From positions 64,001 to 128,000 of IMG/VR virus record IMGVR_UViG_3300033121_001593: a DNA stretch of 64,000 nucleotides. The stretch is one strand, 5' to 3'. Shown here one piece after another: positions 27,654 through 36,450 of the stretch. The stretch comes from a virus. Lineage: Duplodnaviria > Caudoviricetes. The first letter of the stretch is position 1; the number at the start of each line of letters is the position of its first letter. The translations under genes were made by a program, and so were the position numbers. The notes below the pieces were generated by a model. It was not told where the DNA came from, did no database searches, and worked only from the letters and a program-made list of their open reading frames with translations.

Positions 27654-28240
27654 GTCACCACGACCTTGACCTCATAGCCGGCCTCCTTGAGATCGTTATA
27701 GACCTCCTCCTGGTGGGCGGCGTCCGTGCAGATGATAATGACGCCATACTGCTCCCGGTAGGTCGCCTCCTGCTGCTCGCCGGCCTCGCTTGAGCCGACT
27801 TCTTCCTCGATCTCGGTGAGAAGGCGCTCTAGCTCATCGCCTTCGAAGCCGGTGTAAGCTCCGCCGAATTCGGCGGCCTCGACGGCGGAGGCCAGGGCCT
27901 CAAGGTTCCAGGCCGAAAGGTCGCCGGTGCGATTGTCGGCTATGCCATAGCCGGCCGCCTTGGCGGGGTCATCCTCGACCCAGACGACGGCGATCTGCGT
28001 CCAGCCTAGCTGACGAGCGGCCTGCCACGTGCCGTTGCCTTTTTCGATCTTGTTGCCCTGTGACCGGTTGACGACCAGGGCGACGCGCTGGCCATACTCG
28101 GTTAGGCTGGCGGCGATCCGGTCGATGGCGTGCCCGGTGCGAGCGTTGGCGGGGTCCATGTGGACCGAGTCGATGGGGACTGCCAGGGGGCGCAGGTCCG
28201 GGATAATGTAGGGAATAGGGGCGGGTGCTGTATCTCCCAT
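27650..28240 (-). CDS. ParB/Srx N-terminal domain protein
   Basis: Motifs 'DPANARTGH', 'IAASLTEYGQ', 'GNGTWQAARQLGW' and 'IADNR'. Confidence 0.85.
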   Translation of the reverse strand: MGDTAPAPIPYIIPDLRPLAVPIDSVHMDPANARTGHAIDRIAASLTEYGQRVALVVNRSQGNKIEKGNGTWQAARQLGWTQIAVVWVEDDPAKAAGYGIADNRTGDLSAWNLEALASAVEAAEFGGAYTGFEGDELERLLTEIEEEVGSSEAGEQQEATYREQYGVIIICTDAAHQEEVYNDLKEAGYEVKVVVT

Positions 28241-28273
28241 GACTGGCTTTCTCCGAACGGGAAAGCGCACGAA

Positions 28274-28324
28274 AAAGTGCGCGGCTTATGGTAGGTGAAT
28301 ATCCTACCATAAGCCGCGCACTTT
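28274..28324. repeat. Perfect 22-bp inverted repeat, probably a terminator at the early/late boundary
   Basis: AAAGTGCGCGGCTTATGGTAGG-tgaatat-CCTACCATAAGCCGCGCACTTT, with a T-run on the minus strand. Confidence 0.8.
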
Positions 28325-28349
28325 GAAAAGTAGACGATTGAGGGTTTAA

Positions 28350-28664
28350 CTAGTTGAGGGCGAGAATAACGCCCTCCAGGGCCGCCGAGGCGTCGGCGGC
28401 GGCCTCAGCGGTCACCCCCGATTCGTATTCCCCAGCGTCGATATCGGCCACGATAGTGGCCATGGCCTCTGCCACCGCCGCCTGAGTGGTGACGATGAAG
28501 CCGGGGAAGATCGGGCTGCCGTGCCATTCACCAAAGCGGCGGACGGCGCGGTTGACGATGAAGGTCTGACCGTTGACGGTTGCGAAGCCGGTCTCGGTGG
28601 TCCCGTCATTCGCAATGACGGTAACCTCTCCATCGAATTGAACTGGTACGGTGATCTGAGACAT
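28350..28664 (-). CDS. Hypothetical early protein (no Leu until the last 9 aa)
   Basis: AAAGGAG RBS; 104 aa. Confidence 0.7.
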   Translation of the reverse strand: MSQITVPVQFDGEVTVIANDGTTETGFATVNGQTFIVNRAVRRFGEWHGSPIFPGFIVTTQAAVAEAMATIVADIDAGEYESGVTAEAAADASAALEGVILALN

Positions 28665-28786
28665 GGTGACTGGTGCTCCTTTGTGCTACTGCTGAAAGAT
28701 GGTTAGATGCGGCCCGGCGTTCCGGCGCTCTTAGGTGGCTCGGTTAGGCGGAAGGCGATCAGCCCATCGCTTCCGAACCGAGCCAC

Positions 28787-28990
28787 TTAAGAGGGTCGGG
28801 ACTTGGCGATATCGCTGGTGACTAGGTCCTTGGCGGCCTGGATGGCGGCGGCCCGTGAGGAGGCCCAAAAGTCGTGGGTCAGGACGTGGCGGCCGGCCTT
28901 CTCGATGACGGCCTGAGAGAGATCGTCGCTGCCCTTGAACGTTACCTTGATCGTGTAGCCCTGGAAAGGCCGGGTGTAAGTGCTGGTCAT
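28787..28990 (-). CDS. Hypothetical early protein (first gene behind P1)
   Basis: AAAGGAC RBS behind the promoter cassette. Confidence 0.7.
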   Translation of the reverse strand: MTSTYTRPFQGYTIKVTFKGSDDLSQAVIEKAGRHVLTHDFWASSRAAAIQAAKDLVTSDIAKSRPS

Positions 28991-29038
28991 GTCGGGGTCC
29001 TTTGCGCTCGCCGTTCCGAATTTCGATCCTATAGCTCT

Positions 29039-29109
29039 ATTATACTCCTATCGTTTAACTTGTCAAGCGGTTTATGGCCTTTTGGCGAAAACTCGTAAAA
29101 TTTAAGGTT
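29039..29109 (-). promoter_or_regulatory. Early promoter cassette P1
   Basis: AACCTTAAA ... TTGACA-N16-TATAAT. Confidence 0.85.
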
Positions 29110-29258
29110 GGGCGGCGAGGCGCGTTGGCCGGCCCGAAATCGCCTTGACGGGCCGGCCATTCGTGCCCGCTACGGCCCAAAAACGGGGGGTAGACGGGCT
29201 TTTAGGGAATAGCCGGCCCGGTAGTATCGGCGGGGGCGTTACAGGCCCCTTGGGGCGC

Positions 29259-29537
29259 TCACGGGCGGGGCGGGGGGCGCTTGATCGAGGCCCGGTACAT
29301 ACGCCAGGCCAGGAGCGAAAAGACAAGCTGGAAGATCATAGCGGCGGTGGCGATCATGGCGACGGCTAGCAGGGGCGGGCGGTCCACGTAGACGGCTCCG
29401 CCCGCGCAGACGATGCCGGCGATCACCATGCAGGCGCAGAGGATCATGTAATGAGCATAGTCGGCGTCCTTCCATTCCGCCAGGGGGCGGTCGCTGATAC
29501 CGAGCAGGCGATGGCGCACGAAGGGCCGGAGCTTCAT
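29259..29537 (-). CDS. Small membrane protein (2 TM)
   Basis: Two hydrophobic segments. Confidence 0.55.
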   Translation of the reverse strand: MKLRPFVRHRLLGISDRPLAEWKDADYAHYMILCACMVIAGIVCAGGAVYVDRPPLLAVAMIATAAMIFQLVFSLLAWRMYRASIKRPPPRP

Positions 29538-29893
29538 CCGGCCTCCACGTAGAGATAGATGACGGCGACCGGCTCGTTGCGGGGCATCACGCCCGGAACC
29601 TCGACCGGGCGGGTGATGATCAGGCCCAGGCGCTCGGCAGCCTCGGCGCGCTCGCCCATCAGGCAGGCGGTCAGATAGCCGGCCATGAAGCCGATATCGG
29701 GCAGGATGACGTGCGACGCGCCTAGCCCGTGGCGCACGAGCGTATCTAGCTGCGGGGTCAGGGGCTGGCTATAATCGAGGATGGCCGGCCGCGGACCCTC
29801 CCGGACCTCACAGTCGCCCAGTAGGGCGGTTAGGTTGGCGCGGTCCTTCATCGACAGGGGCCAGCCGTAGTTATAGACGACGGGGGTTGACAT
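29534..29893 (-). CDS. Hypothetical protein
   Basis: AAGGA RBS; overlaps its neighbour. Confidence 0.6.
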   Translation of the reverse strand: MSTPVVYNYGWPLSMKDRANLTALLGDCEVREGPRPAILDYSQPLTPQLDTLVRHGLGASHVILPDIGFMAGYLTACLMGERAEAAERLGLIITRPVEVPGVMPRNEPVAVIYLYVEAG

Positions 29894-29899
29894 TGATCC

Positions 29900-30919
29900 T
29901 TAATTCTCCTTATTCGGGACCGGGTGATAGCCTTTCTTGATCTCGCCAAGGTCGGCGCGCCCGCGCAGGCTCTGCGGGCGAAAAAACGTCCCGACCATAC
30001 CGGGTCGACCAAACAGCGGGGCGTCGGCGTCATAGTGCGCCCAGTGAGCACGGACTTGGTGCAGCCGGCGCTTGTGGCCCGTCGCGCCAGACGCCGCGAC
30101 GTCGTCATCGACCCGCTTCTGCAACTGCTTGATCCGCAGCCATTTGTAGGCGACCGGCTCCTGGCCGGCGCGCGCCATACGGCGGCGCTCGGCACGCTGG
30201 TGGCGGATCGGCTCAGGCTCCGAGAGCGTCACGTTACGGCAGTTCATGAGCGAAAGAACAAAGGCGAAAGGGGAGATTAGTTTCTGCGCGAGTATCTGGT
30301 TGAGGAGATGAATCTCCGGCCGCTCAGGGTCCTCGCCGGCAAGGGAAAACGCGAAAAACATGCGCGTACCTATATCCTTACCGGGAAACGCCCGCCCGTC
30401 CTCGGTTAGATAAAGCGCGGCGAACGCCTCGGCCTTGACCGCTCCCATCATCATGACATAGGCGCGAATCCCTAAAATAAAGCCGGGTACAATACCGTCC
30501 TCTAAGGCACGAGACCGGGCGGCCTGAAGCGTAGGTAGGCTCAAGTTGTCCTCTAGCGACTTCCGCGCGTCCTTTCTGTCGCCGCCCGTCAGAAGGTTAG
30601 AAAAAAATCGCTCTAACGTCTTCCTCCGCACCGCTCCCGCGCGCCGCTCGACAGGGATAGGCGTGCAGACAATATGTGCCCCTATGCGCTGAATACCGGC
30701 CGGCAGGCCGGGTCCCTCCGCCGCCATAGACGGCGGACACGCGAACTCGATCCATGTCTCCTCGCCGGGGGCGGTAAGCCGATGAAAGTCATCAGAAAGT
30801 GACCAAATCCACTGGTCACTTTCCTCGAAAAACCAATATGCCGCCTCCGTGGCGTCAACCAGCGTCGCCTGGTCTTTGACCCAGGCCAGATCGGGGTCAA
30901 GCTCTAGAATTCCTAACAT
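29900..30919 (-). CDS. Hypothetical phage protein with a C-terminal HxVRxHW motif
   Basis: 339 aa, contains 'RLHQVRAHW', lower GC than surroundings. Confidence 0.7.
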   Translation of the reverse strand: MLGILELDPDLAWVKDQATLVDATEAAYWFFEESDQWIWSLSDDFHRLTAPGEETWIEFACPPSMAAEGPGLPAGIQRIGAHIVCTPIPVERRAGAVRRKTLERFFSNLLTGGDRKDARKSLEDNLSLPTLQAARSRALEDGIVPGFILGIRAYVMMMGAVKAEAFAALYLTEDGRAFPGKDIGTRMFFAFSLAGEDPERPEIHLLNQILAQKLISPFAFVLSLMNCRNVTLSEPEPIRHQRAERRRMARAGQEPVAYKWLRIKQLQKRVDDDVAASGATGHKRRLHQVRAHWAHYDADAPLFGRPGMVGTFFRPQSLRGRADLGEIKKGYHPVPNKEN

Positions 30920-31195
30920 CGCTGCTTCTCCTTGGGATAATTTGGGATAACGTGGGATACTGTGGGATATTCCGCCTCACAGGCCAGGCAGATATCGCCG
31001 GCCTTGCTCATGGCGTAGTGGCCGACCCAGCGGCCGCAATCGATGCAGCGCAGCACGCGGCGGGCGTCGACGGTTAGCTCCCAGGCCAGCCGCCATTCGA
31101 CCAGGCCGGCCGCTTGGGCGGCGGCGAGGAAGCCCTGATCGCCGCCATCGGCCAGCGCGGTCATCAGGGCTTGCCTCTCGCCGATTGTGATAAAG

Positions 31196-32647
31196 CTAGT
31201 CACCATCCTCCTCATTTGCGCCGGCCACGTTTGCGCCCTCGAAGGCCGCAATGAAGTGCATGAACTGAGACGACCAGCCGGTGACCTCAGCGGTCCAGAC
31301 TCCCGCATAGCTCACGCCGCGGCTATGGCCCGAAATGTCGGTGATGTAGTTGCGGGCGGCCCATGGCTCCGGCATCCGTCCGCTATCATCCATATCCTGC
31401 GAGTCGCTGAAGACGATCAGCCGGTCAGCCGGGGCACCGCGCCGATCCGCCTTGATGAAGTCCAGGGCCTGGCGGGTGAAGATACCACCGCCGCCCAGAC
31501 GCCCGGAGGCGCGCCTGATCTCGTCCATCAGGGCAAAGCCGCGCCGACGCTTCAGTAGCTCGGTCTGGTGCGTCTGCCCCAAATCGCTGCCGGCAGTAGC
31601 ATAGACCTGGACCTTGACCGCCTGCTCGGCCGCCAGCATGGCCAGGGCCGCGGCGGCGTCCAGCCAGGAAAGGTCGCTCTGCCCGGAGAGCCTGCCGTGC
31701 TCCATCGATCCCGATACGTCAACAACGAGCACGGTCTCGCCGGCCAGCTTGGGGGCGGTCGCCAGCGCCCGGAACATCATAGCCTCGATCTCGCCCTGCC
31801 AGCGGGGCGCTGCCCGGCCGGCGGCGATGAAGTTGATCGGCAGCAGCCAGCGCGCCGGGGCCGTCTCGAAGTAGGCCGCGATGGCGGCCCGGTCCACGCC
31901 CTCCCGCTCCATCAGGGCCAGGTTACGCAGGAAGGCCAGGCCGGGCAGCCGGCGCTCGGCCATCAGGCGCTCGAACGTCTCACGCTTGTTCGCTCCGGCG
32001 CTCAGGGCCACCTCCCAGGTATCGGGGGGCGTAACATGGCCGGCCTTTAGCTCGGCCAGGGCGCGGGCGTTGCGCGGCGTCGGGACCGGGTGCAGCAGGC
32101 GCGCGGCGTCTCGCAGGGTGACGGCGTGCCCCTTGCCCTGGTACTTGGCCAGTTGATAGTCATCGAACTGAGCAAAGGCGTGAGCCAGCCCGGTCTTGAG
32201 TTGGCTGGCCAGCGGCGCGCGCGGCTTGCCGGCGGGGGTCGGGTTTTCCATGGCGTAGAGCGTGAGGGCCTCGGTGATGCCGTCGGCGCGCCCGACGATC
32301 ACGGGTAACAGCTCGGCCACCAGCGCCCGGTGGGCGGGGTACTTGAGCATCTGGATTGCCACGAACAGGGGAACGTGGCGCAGGCCCTGTTCGTTGCGCG
32401 CCTGCCAGGCCAGACGGGCGACGACCGCCGGCTCGACCTCAGGCACCAGCTTGCGGATCACGTCCGCGGTCACCGCGCCGCGCTCATAGAATTTGTCCTC
32501 CCAGAGCAGGTTAGAGAGGATCGCTCGCGCCAGCAGGGCGTCCGATCCCTGCAGGGCGGCCGGCGCGCCCGCGCCTCCGGCCACGCGCGCCTTGGGGTCC
32601 ATCGCGCCCTTGCGGCTCGGCTTGGGGGTTGGCTTGTTGGTTCGCAT
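31196..32647 (-). CDS. rsr: Ro60/Rsr RNA-binding protein (TROVE + vWA domain)
   Basis: Motifs 'LLWEDKFYE', 'ARNEQGLRHVP', 'FDDYQLAKY', 'PDTWEVALSAG', 'LRNL', vWA MIDAS 'VDVSGSM' and 'FSDSQD'. Confidence 0.93.
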   Translation of the reverse strand: MRTNKPTPKPSRKGAMDPKARVAGGAGAPAALQGSDALLARAILSNLLWEDKFYERGAVTADVIRKLVPEVEPAVVARLAWQARNEQGLRHVPLFVAIQMLKYPAHRALVAELLPVIVGRADGITEALTLYAMENPTPAGKPRAPLASQLKTGLAHAFAQFDDYQLAKYQGKGHAVTLRDAARLLHPVPTPRNARALAELKAGHVTPPDTWEVALSAGANKRETFERLMAERRLPGLAFLRNLALMEREGVDRAAIAAYFETAPARWLLPINFIAAGRAAPRWQGEIEAMMFRALATAPKLAGETVLVVDVSGSMEHGRLSGQSDLSWLDAAAALAMLAAEQAVKVQVYATAGSDLGQTHQTELLKRRRGFALMDEIRRASGRLGGGGIFTRQALDFIKADRRGAPADRLIVFSDSQDMDDSGRMPEPWAARNYITDISGHSRGVSYAGVWTAEVTGWSSQFMHFIAAFEGANVAGANEEDGD

Positions 32648-32662
32648 CGCTGACTCCTTGGC

Positions 32663-32697
32663 AAAAAAATACGGCCCGCAGATAAATCCGGGGCCGT
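32663..32697 (-). terminator. Intrinsic terminator between the Y RNA array and rsr
   Basis: ACGGCCC...GGGCCGT stem followed by ATTTTTTT, ~15 nt before the rsr ATG. Confidence 0.7.
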
Positions 32698-32711
32698 GCT
32701 GGATACTTGCT

Positions 32712-32806
32712 GCGGCAGGAACTTTCAGCCGATACGGGGAGACGGGTTTGATCCCGTCAGCGGTTGCCCGCCCTTGACCGAAGTAACCGTATCGTCACCA
32801 TGCCGC
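32712..32806 (-). ncRNA. Y RNA-like unit 4 (longest)
   Basis: GCGGCA/UGCCGC end stem, UGGUGA/AAAGUUCC internal loop, CGAUACGG/CCGUAUCG stem, GGUUACUUC motif, two small hairpins. Confidence 0.75.
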
Positions 32807-32834
32807 GCGGCCCGTTGGGGCCGGCATACCGAAA

Positions 32835-32875
32835 GCGGGAATTTAGGGTGGCTCCTGGCCTACCCGCCGGCACGC
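32835..32875 (-). ncRNA. Minimal Y RNA-like unit 3
   Basis: GCG-UGCCG...GGGU-hairpin-ACCC...AAAUUCC-CGC. Confidence 0.55.
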
Positions 32876-32883
32876 GGCCGGGG

Positions 32884-32928
32884 GCGAGAATTTTTCAAGA
32901 TTCGATGAACAGGAAACCTTCACCACGC
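32884..32928 (-). ncRNA. Minimal Y RNA-like unit 2
   Basis: GCG-UGGUG-AAGGUUU/GAAUCUU stem-GAAAAAUUCU-CGC. Confidence 0.55.
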
Positions 32929-32937
32929 TTCGGGATA

Positions 32938-33009
32938 GCCAGCCGGGAACTTTGAGACTGTGACGGGAACACTCAAAGGCGAAGTAACCGCCACAACACC
33001 ACGACTAAC
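32938..33009 (-). ncRNA. Y RNA-like unit 1
   Basis: GUUAGUCG/CGGCUGGC end stem, UGGUG/AAAGUUCC loop, UUGUGGCGG/CCGUCACAG stem, GGUUACUUC motif. Confidence 0.7.
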
Positions 33010-33016
33010 TGACCTA

Positions 33017-33044
33017 ATGATACCACAACCATTCGACTTGTCAA
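33017..33044 (-). promoter_or_regulatory. Promoter of the Y RNA-rsr operon
   Basis: TTGACA-N16-(TGn)TATCAT. Predicted TSS ~33010, at the 5' end of unit 1. Confidence 0.75.
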
Positions 33045-33053
33045 GGGCCAGTT

Positions 33054-34175
33054 TTAGCCGACTTCTAGCGCCCGATCCCATTCATAGACCAGGGCCTCCC
33101 AGTCGATATCGGCCTCGGTTGCGCCGATCTCCTTTAGCGCCTGACGCATCTGATCCTCGATCATGGTGACCTGACAAAAGAGCCAGAAGTACTCACGCAG
33201 CCTGATCGACCGGGTCCGGCTCGTGCCCTTGAAGCTGGGTATGAGGCACCGCATCGCTTCATTGGACAGCCGATGCTGATCGACGATTGTGTGTGCATAC
33301 CACGTCGCAAAATTACGAAAGCCTTGAAAGCCCTCCTCTGACCAGGCGATATCCATCTGCCTTGGGGGTGCCGTCAGGCGGTCGATGATCCGGTCGACAG
33401 CGCGTAGACTTCGCGTTAGGTTACGCGCAATCAAGGCCGGGTCGGTGACGACCTCCGGGATGGGCGGCTCGGTCGGCTCGTCGGCCGCGCTCCGGGCGGC
33501 CCTCAGCCTGGGCGTCAGGCTTTGATCGGGGCTATACCAGGCCAGGAGCGTGTTTGCGCCCGTCCCGCTTTCCCTGAATGAGTCTGGCGGAAGCTCGGAC
33601 GTCTTGAACGCTGCCCGAAGCTCGGCTATGGCCCGCTCCTTGCGAAAGGCCAGCCCGGCCGGCGCGATCATCATCATTTGACCGCGCGGCGTGAGCAGGC
33701 TCTTGGCATGAGCGAGATGCTTCGCCCAGGCCAGCTTGTCGCTTTCGTCGCCAAAGGGCGGGTTGCCTACGATCAGATCGTACTGGTGATCGGGGCGATA
33801 TCTCAGGAAGTCGTCGGCGACTAGATTGACGCCGCGATCCTTCAAGGCTAGCCGGTTCAGCGGATTCTTTTCGGCCACATCCACGCGCGCCGCCGGCCAG
33901 CGCCGCCCGATCTCGTTTAGCCAGGCTCCGGTGCCGCAACTTGGCTCCAGGATCGTCTCAGGCTCATAATCGGTGACGGCCAGGGCATCCAGGGCCTGCG
34001 TAATGACCGCGTCCGGCGTCGGGTAGAAGTCGTACCGGTTAAGGGTCACCGCCGCCCCGCCGGCCAGGACTCGCCCGACCAGGGCCTCGACTTGCGCCAG
34101 GATTTCGGGGTCGCGTTCGGCCTCGCCGGCGGCCGCCAAGGCTTGTAAGTGGGTCAGGTCAATCGTCGTCGCCAT
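33054..34175 (-). CDS. SAM-dependent N6-adenine (amino) DNA methyltransferase-like protein
   Basis: FYPTP, motif I ILEPSCGTG, motif IV GNPPF. Confidence 0.85.
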   Translation of the reverse strand: MATTIDLTHLQALAAAGEAERDPEILAQVEALVGRVLAGGAAVTLNRYDFYPTPDAVITQALDALAVTDYEPETILEPSCGTGAWLNEIGRRWPAARVDVAEKNPLNRLALKDRGVNLVADDFLRYRPDHQYDLIVGNPPFGDESDKLAWAKHLAHAKSLLTPRGQMMMIAPAGLAFRKERAIAELRAAFKTSELPPDSFRESGTGANTLLAWYSPDQSLTPRLRAARSAADEPTEPPIPEVVTDPALIARNLTRSLRAVDRIIDRLTAPPRQMDIAWSEEGFQGFRNFATWYAHTIVDQHRLSNEAMRCLIPSFKGTSRTRSIRLREYFWLFCQVTMIEDQMRQALKEIGATEADIDWEALVYEWDRALEVG

Positions 34176-34485
34176 CGCCGTCCCGCGTCCTTTCGCGCCA
34201 TATTCGCTTTAGCTCGTCCTGCCAGCCGGCCAGCAACGATACGCCCTCGCTCGTATCGCGCCGGGCCAGCTTGGTCCCGTTAGCCGCGTGGGCGGTGAGC
34301 ACTTGCCCGTATAGGGCGAGCCAATCTCGCTTACCGGCGATTTGCTGGCAAGCAGCGACCAGGGCATACCATCCGACCTTGGTATATACCGGCTCGAATT
34401 TTGTACCCGTGGCGATGCGCGCCAGGCGTTCTGTCCGGCGATTGACGCCGCGGCTTTCGCCTTTTTGGCCGGTCGGTTGGGTCAT
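34159..34485 (-). CDS. Hypothetical protein
   Basis: 108-aa ORF in an overlapping chain. Confidence 0.55.
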   Translation of the reverse strand: MTQPTGQKGESRGVNRRTERLARIATGTKFEPVYTKVGWYALVAACQQIAGKRDWLALYGQVLTAHAANGTKLARRDTSEGVSLLAGWQDELKRIWRERTRDGDGDDD

Positions 34486-35000
34486 AGGACCGACTCCGCA
34501 GTGAACGCCTGAAGCTCGTCAGCGGCCCGCCAGTAGCTCTCCAGGACCTGGCTCACGAGCGAGTATTCGTCGTGAGCCTTGCCCAGGATATTGCCCTCCT
34601 CGGCTCGGACCAGGAACGTTAGGCGGGTGACAGTGAGCAGATGGACCTCGCCGCCCGGCGCGTCGGCCAGCGCCTGCAGCCGGTTTAGTTCGCGCCGGCA
34701 GGCAAAGAGCACCTGCTGGTAAAAGACGCGCCGGCACTGAGCGTCCGAAATTCCGAACTCGGTGGCGACGGCGCGCACGGACTTGCCCTCAAGGCAGGCC
34801 CGCACAGCGTCGCGGGTAACGCTGGCCAGCTTGCCGTTATCGGCGGCCTTGCGCCGCGGCGGGGGGGCGGCCCGTACCTTCAGGGACCGTATCTCCGCCA
34901 GGATGGCAAGCTCACGCGCTGAGACCGTCGCGCCCTCCGGGGCGGGCTTGCCCAGGGCCTTTTCGATCTGTGTCAGTAGGTCATCCAGATTCACGGTCAC
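34482..35000 (-). CDS. HTH DNA-binding protein (sigma region 4-like)
   Basis: 'LEGKSVRAVATEFGISDAQCRR' helix-turn-helix. Confidence 0.6.
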   Translation of the reverse strand: MTVNLDDLLTQIEKALGKPAPEGATVSARELAILAEIRSLKVRAAPPPRRKAADNGKLASVTRDAVRACLEGKSVRAVATEFGISDAQCRRVFYQQVLFACRRELNRLQALADAPGGEVHLLTVTRLTFLVRAEEGNILGKAHDEYSLVSQVLESYWRAADELQAFTAESVL

Positions 35001-35181
35001 CCTCCGGCGCGCGCTCGATATCCTCGGCTAGCTCAAACCTGATCCAGCCGGCCGCGCCGTCATCCCATTTGATGCGTGCGGCGTTCGCCTCTACCTCGGT
35101 GACCGTCCCCAGATCGGCGGGGTTGCCCTGCCACGTCACGCGGTCACCGACCTTCAGGCCGGCCGCCTCGGTATACGTCAT
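34981..35181 (-). CDS. Small SH3/KOW/Tudor-like protein
   Basis: 'LKVGDRVTW...GTVTEV...IKWDDG'. Confidence 0.65.
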   Translation of the reverse strand: MTYTEAAGLKVGDRVTWQGNPADLGTVTEVEANAARIKWDDGAAGWIRFELAEDIERAPEGDRESG

Positions 35182-35714
35182 CCTGTTACCTCCTGTGTCA
35201 TGGCCGCCCGTAGGCGCTCGATTAGCTCGTCAACGACGGTCCCGGCCGCCTGGCGGTCAGCGATGGCTTGGTGCTGCCCGTTCGGGTGGTGAATGATCAG
35301 GCCGGCCAGGTCAAGCTCGCTCAGTAGCTCGGTCACCTGATCGCCGACCGTGTCGAATTGGACGTCCTTTGGCCAGGCCGCGCCGTGCAGGGTCCGCATG
35401 GCGCGCACGGCGTCCTCCATGTCCCACATCGTAACGGTGCCGGCGTATGGCTCGAAGTAGGGGGCGAGTAGCGAGTCGTCCTCAGAATCGGCGGGGTCAA
35501 CGGTGCCCTGAAGATGGACGCCCTTAATGAAGCCGGTCACGGCCTTGGCGGCGTTGTATGCCTTGGTCGGGCGCGACGCGTCACGATAGGCCGGCACGGC
35601 GTCGGCGGCGGGGGGCGTAATACCGTCCCAGGCGCAGACGCACAGATTGACGGCGGCTTTGCCCGAAGTCGTCCGGGCGGTGGTCAGTTCGATCCAGCGG
35701 GAAAGATGAGACAT
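35178..35714 (-). CDS. Hypothetical protein
   Basis: AAAGGAG RBS; 178 aa. Confidence 0.65.
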   Translation of the reverse strand: MSHLSRWIELTTARTTSGKAAVNLCVCAWDGITPPAADAVPAYRDASRPTKAYNAAKAVTGFIKGVHLQGTVDPADSEDDSLLAPYFEPYAGTVTMWDMEDAVRAMRTLHGAAWPKDVQFDTVGDQVTELLSELDLAGLIIHHPNGQHQAIADRQAAGTVVDELIERLRAAMTQEVTG

Positions 35715-35725
35715 AGATAGCTCCT

Positions 35726-35977
35726 TTAGTAGCTAGTCCAGCGGGCAAACTCGGCCCGCAGGCCAGGTAGGCGGCCCTCGAAATAGGCGGCCCGGTCACG
35801 CTCGACTTGGGCCAGGTGATGCAGGCCGGCGGCGATGCCGGGGTCGGCATCGCCCACTTGGGCGGCGAGCGTGAGGCAGTCCTGCACCCTGGCGGTCGCC
35901 CGGCCGATAGTCTCCAAGTAGGCGTCGATGTCTGCCTGAATGGTTGCGGCAATCGCCGCGTTCGAGACGTTTGTCAT
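35726..35977 (-). CDS. Hypothetical protein
   Basis: Start MTNVSN with an ATGA overlap. Confidence 0.55.
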   Translation of the reverse strand: MTNVSNAAIAATIQADIDAYLETIGRATARVQDCLTLAAQVGDADPGIAAGLHHLAQVERDRAAYFEGRLPGLRAEFARWTSY

Positions 35978-36450
35978 TTTGTCGCCGAGGCCCGCAGGCC
36001 GGTTACTAGCTCGTTGATAGCCAAGGCGGCCTCGGTCATGTCGATAGTTTCCAGGACCCTGCCGTCGATATCCCGAACGGCGACTTTGACGCAGCCGGTG
36101 ACTATGGCGAAACGGACGCACTGGACCCCGAACGAGACCGGCTCGCCGTTGGCATTGGCCAGGCGTTGCAGGCCGACCGTGAGGCGCTTTAACTCGCTGC
36201 GCATATCCTCGGCTAGCTCCAGCGTGATATCGGCCTCGACCAAGTGAACCTTGATCTCGCCTTCACGCGGCTGCGTGTGCTCGGTGATGAAACCGGTCAG
36301 GGCTGTGCCGGCAATGACGCCTGTCAGGGCACGAGAGACAAGGGGGGTTGGTAGGCCGGCCTCGTTGGGGTCGATGGCGACAACTCGCGCCTCGATATTG
36401 GCCCATCGCTCGCGGCCGTAGTGCGATACGTCAAGTCGGCGGTAAGTCAT
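35974..36450 (-). CDS. Hypothetical protein
   Basis: GGAGG RBS, ATGA overlap. Confidence 0.6.
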   Translation of the reverse strand: MTYRRLDVSHYGRERWANIEARVVAIDPNEAGLPTPLVSRALTGVIAGTALTGFITEHTQPREGEIKVHLVEADITLELAEDMRSELKRLTVGLQRLANANGEPVSFGVQCVRFAIVTGCVKVAVRDIDGRVLETIDMTEAALAINELVTGLRASATK

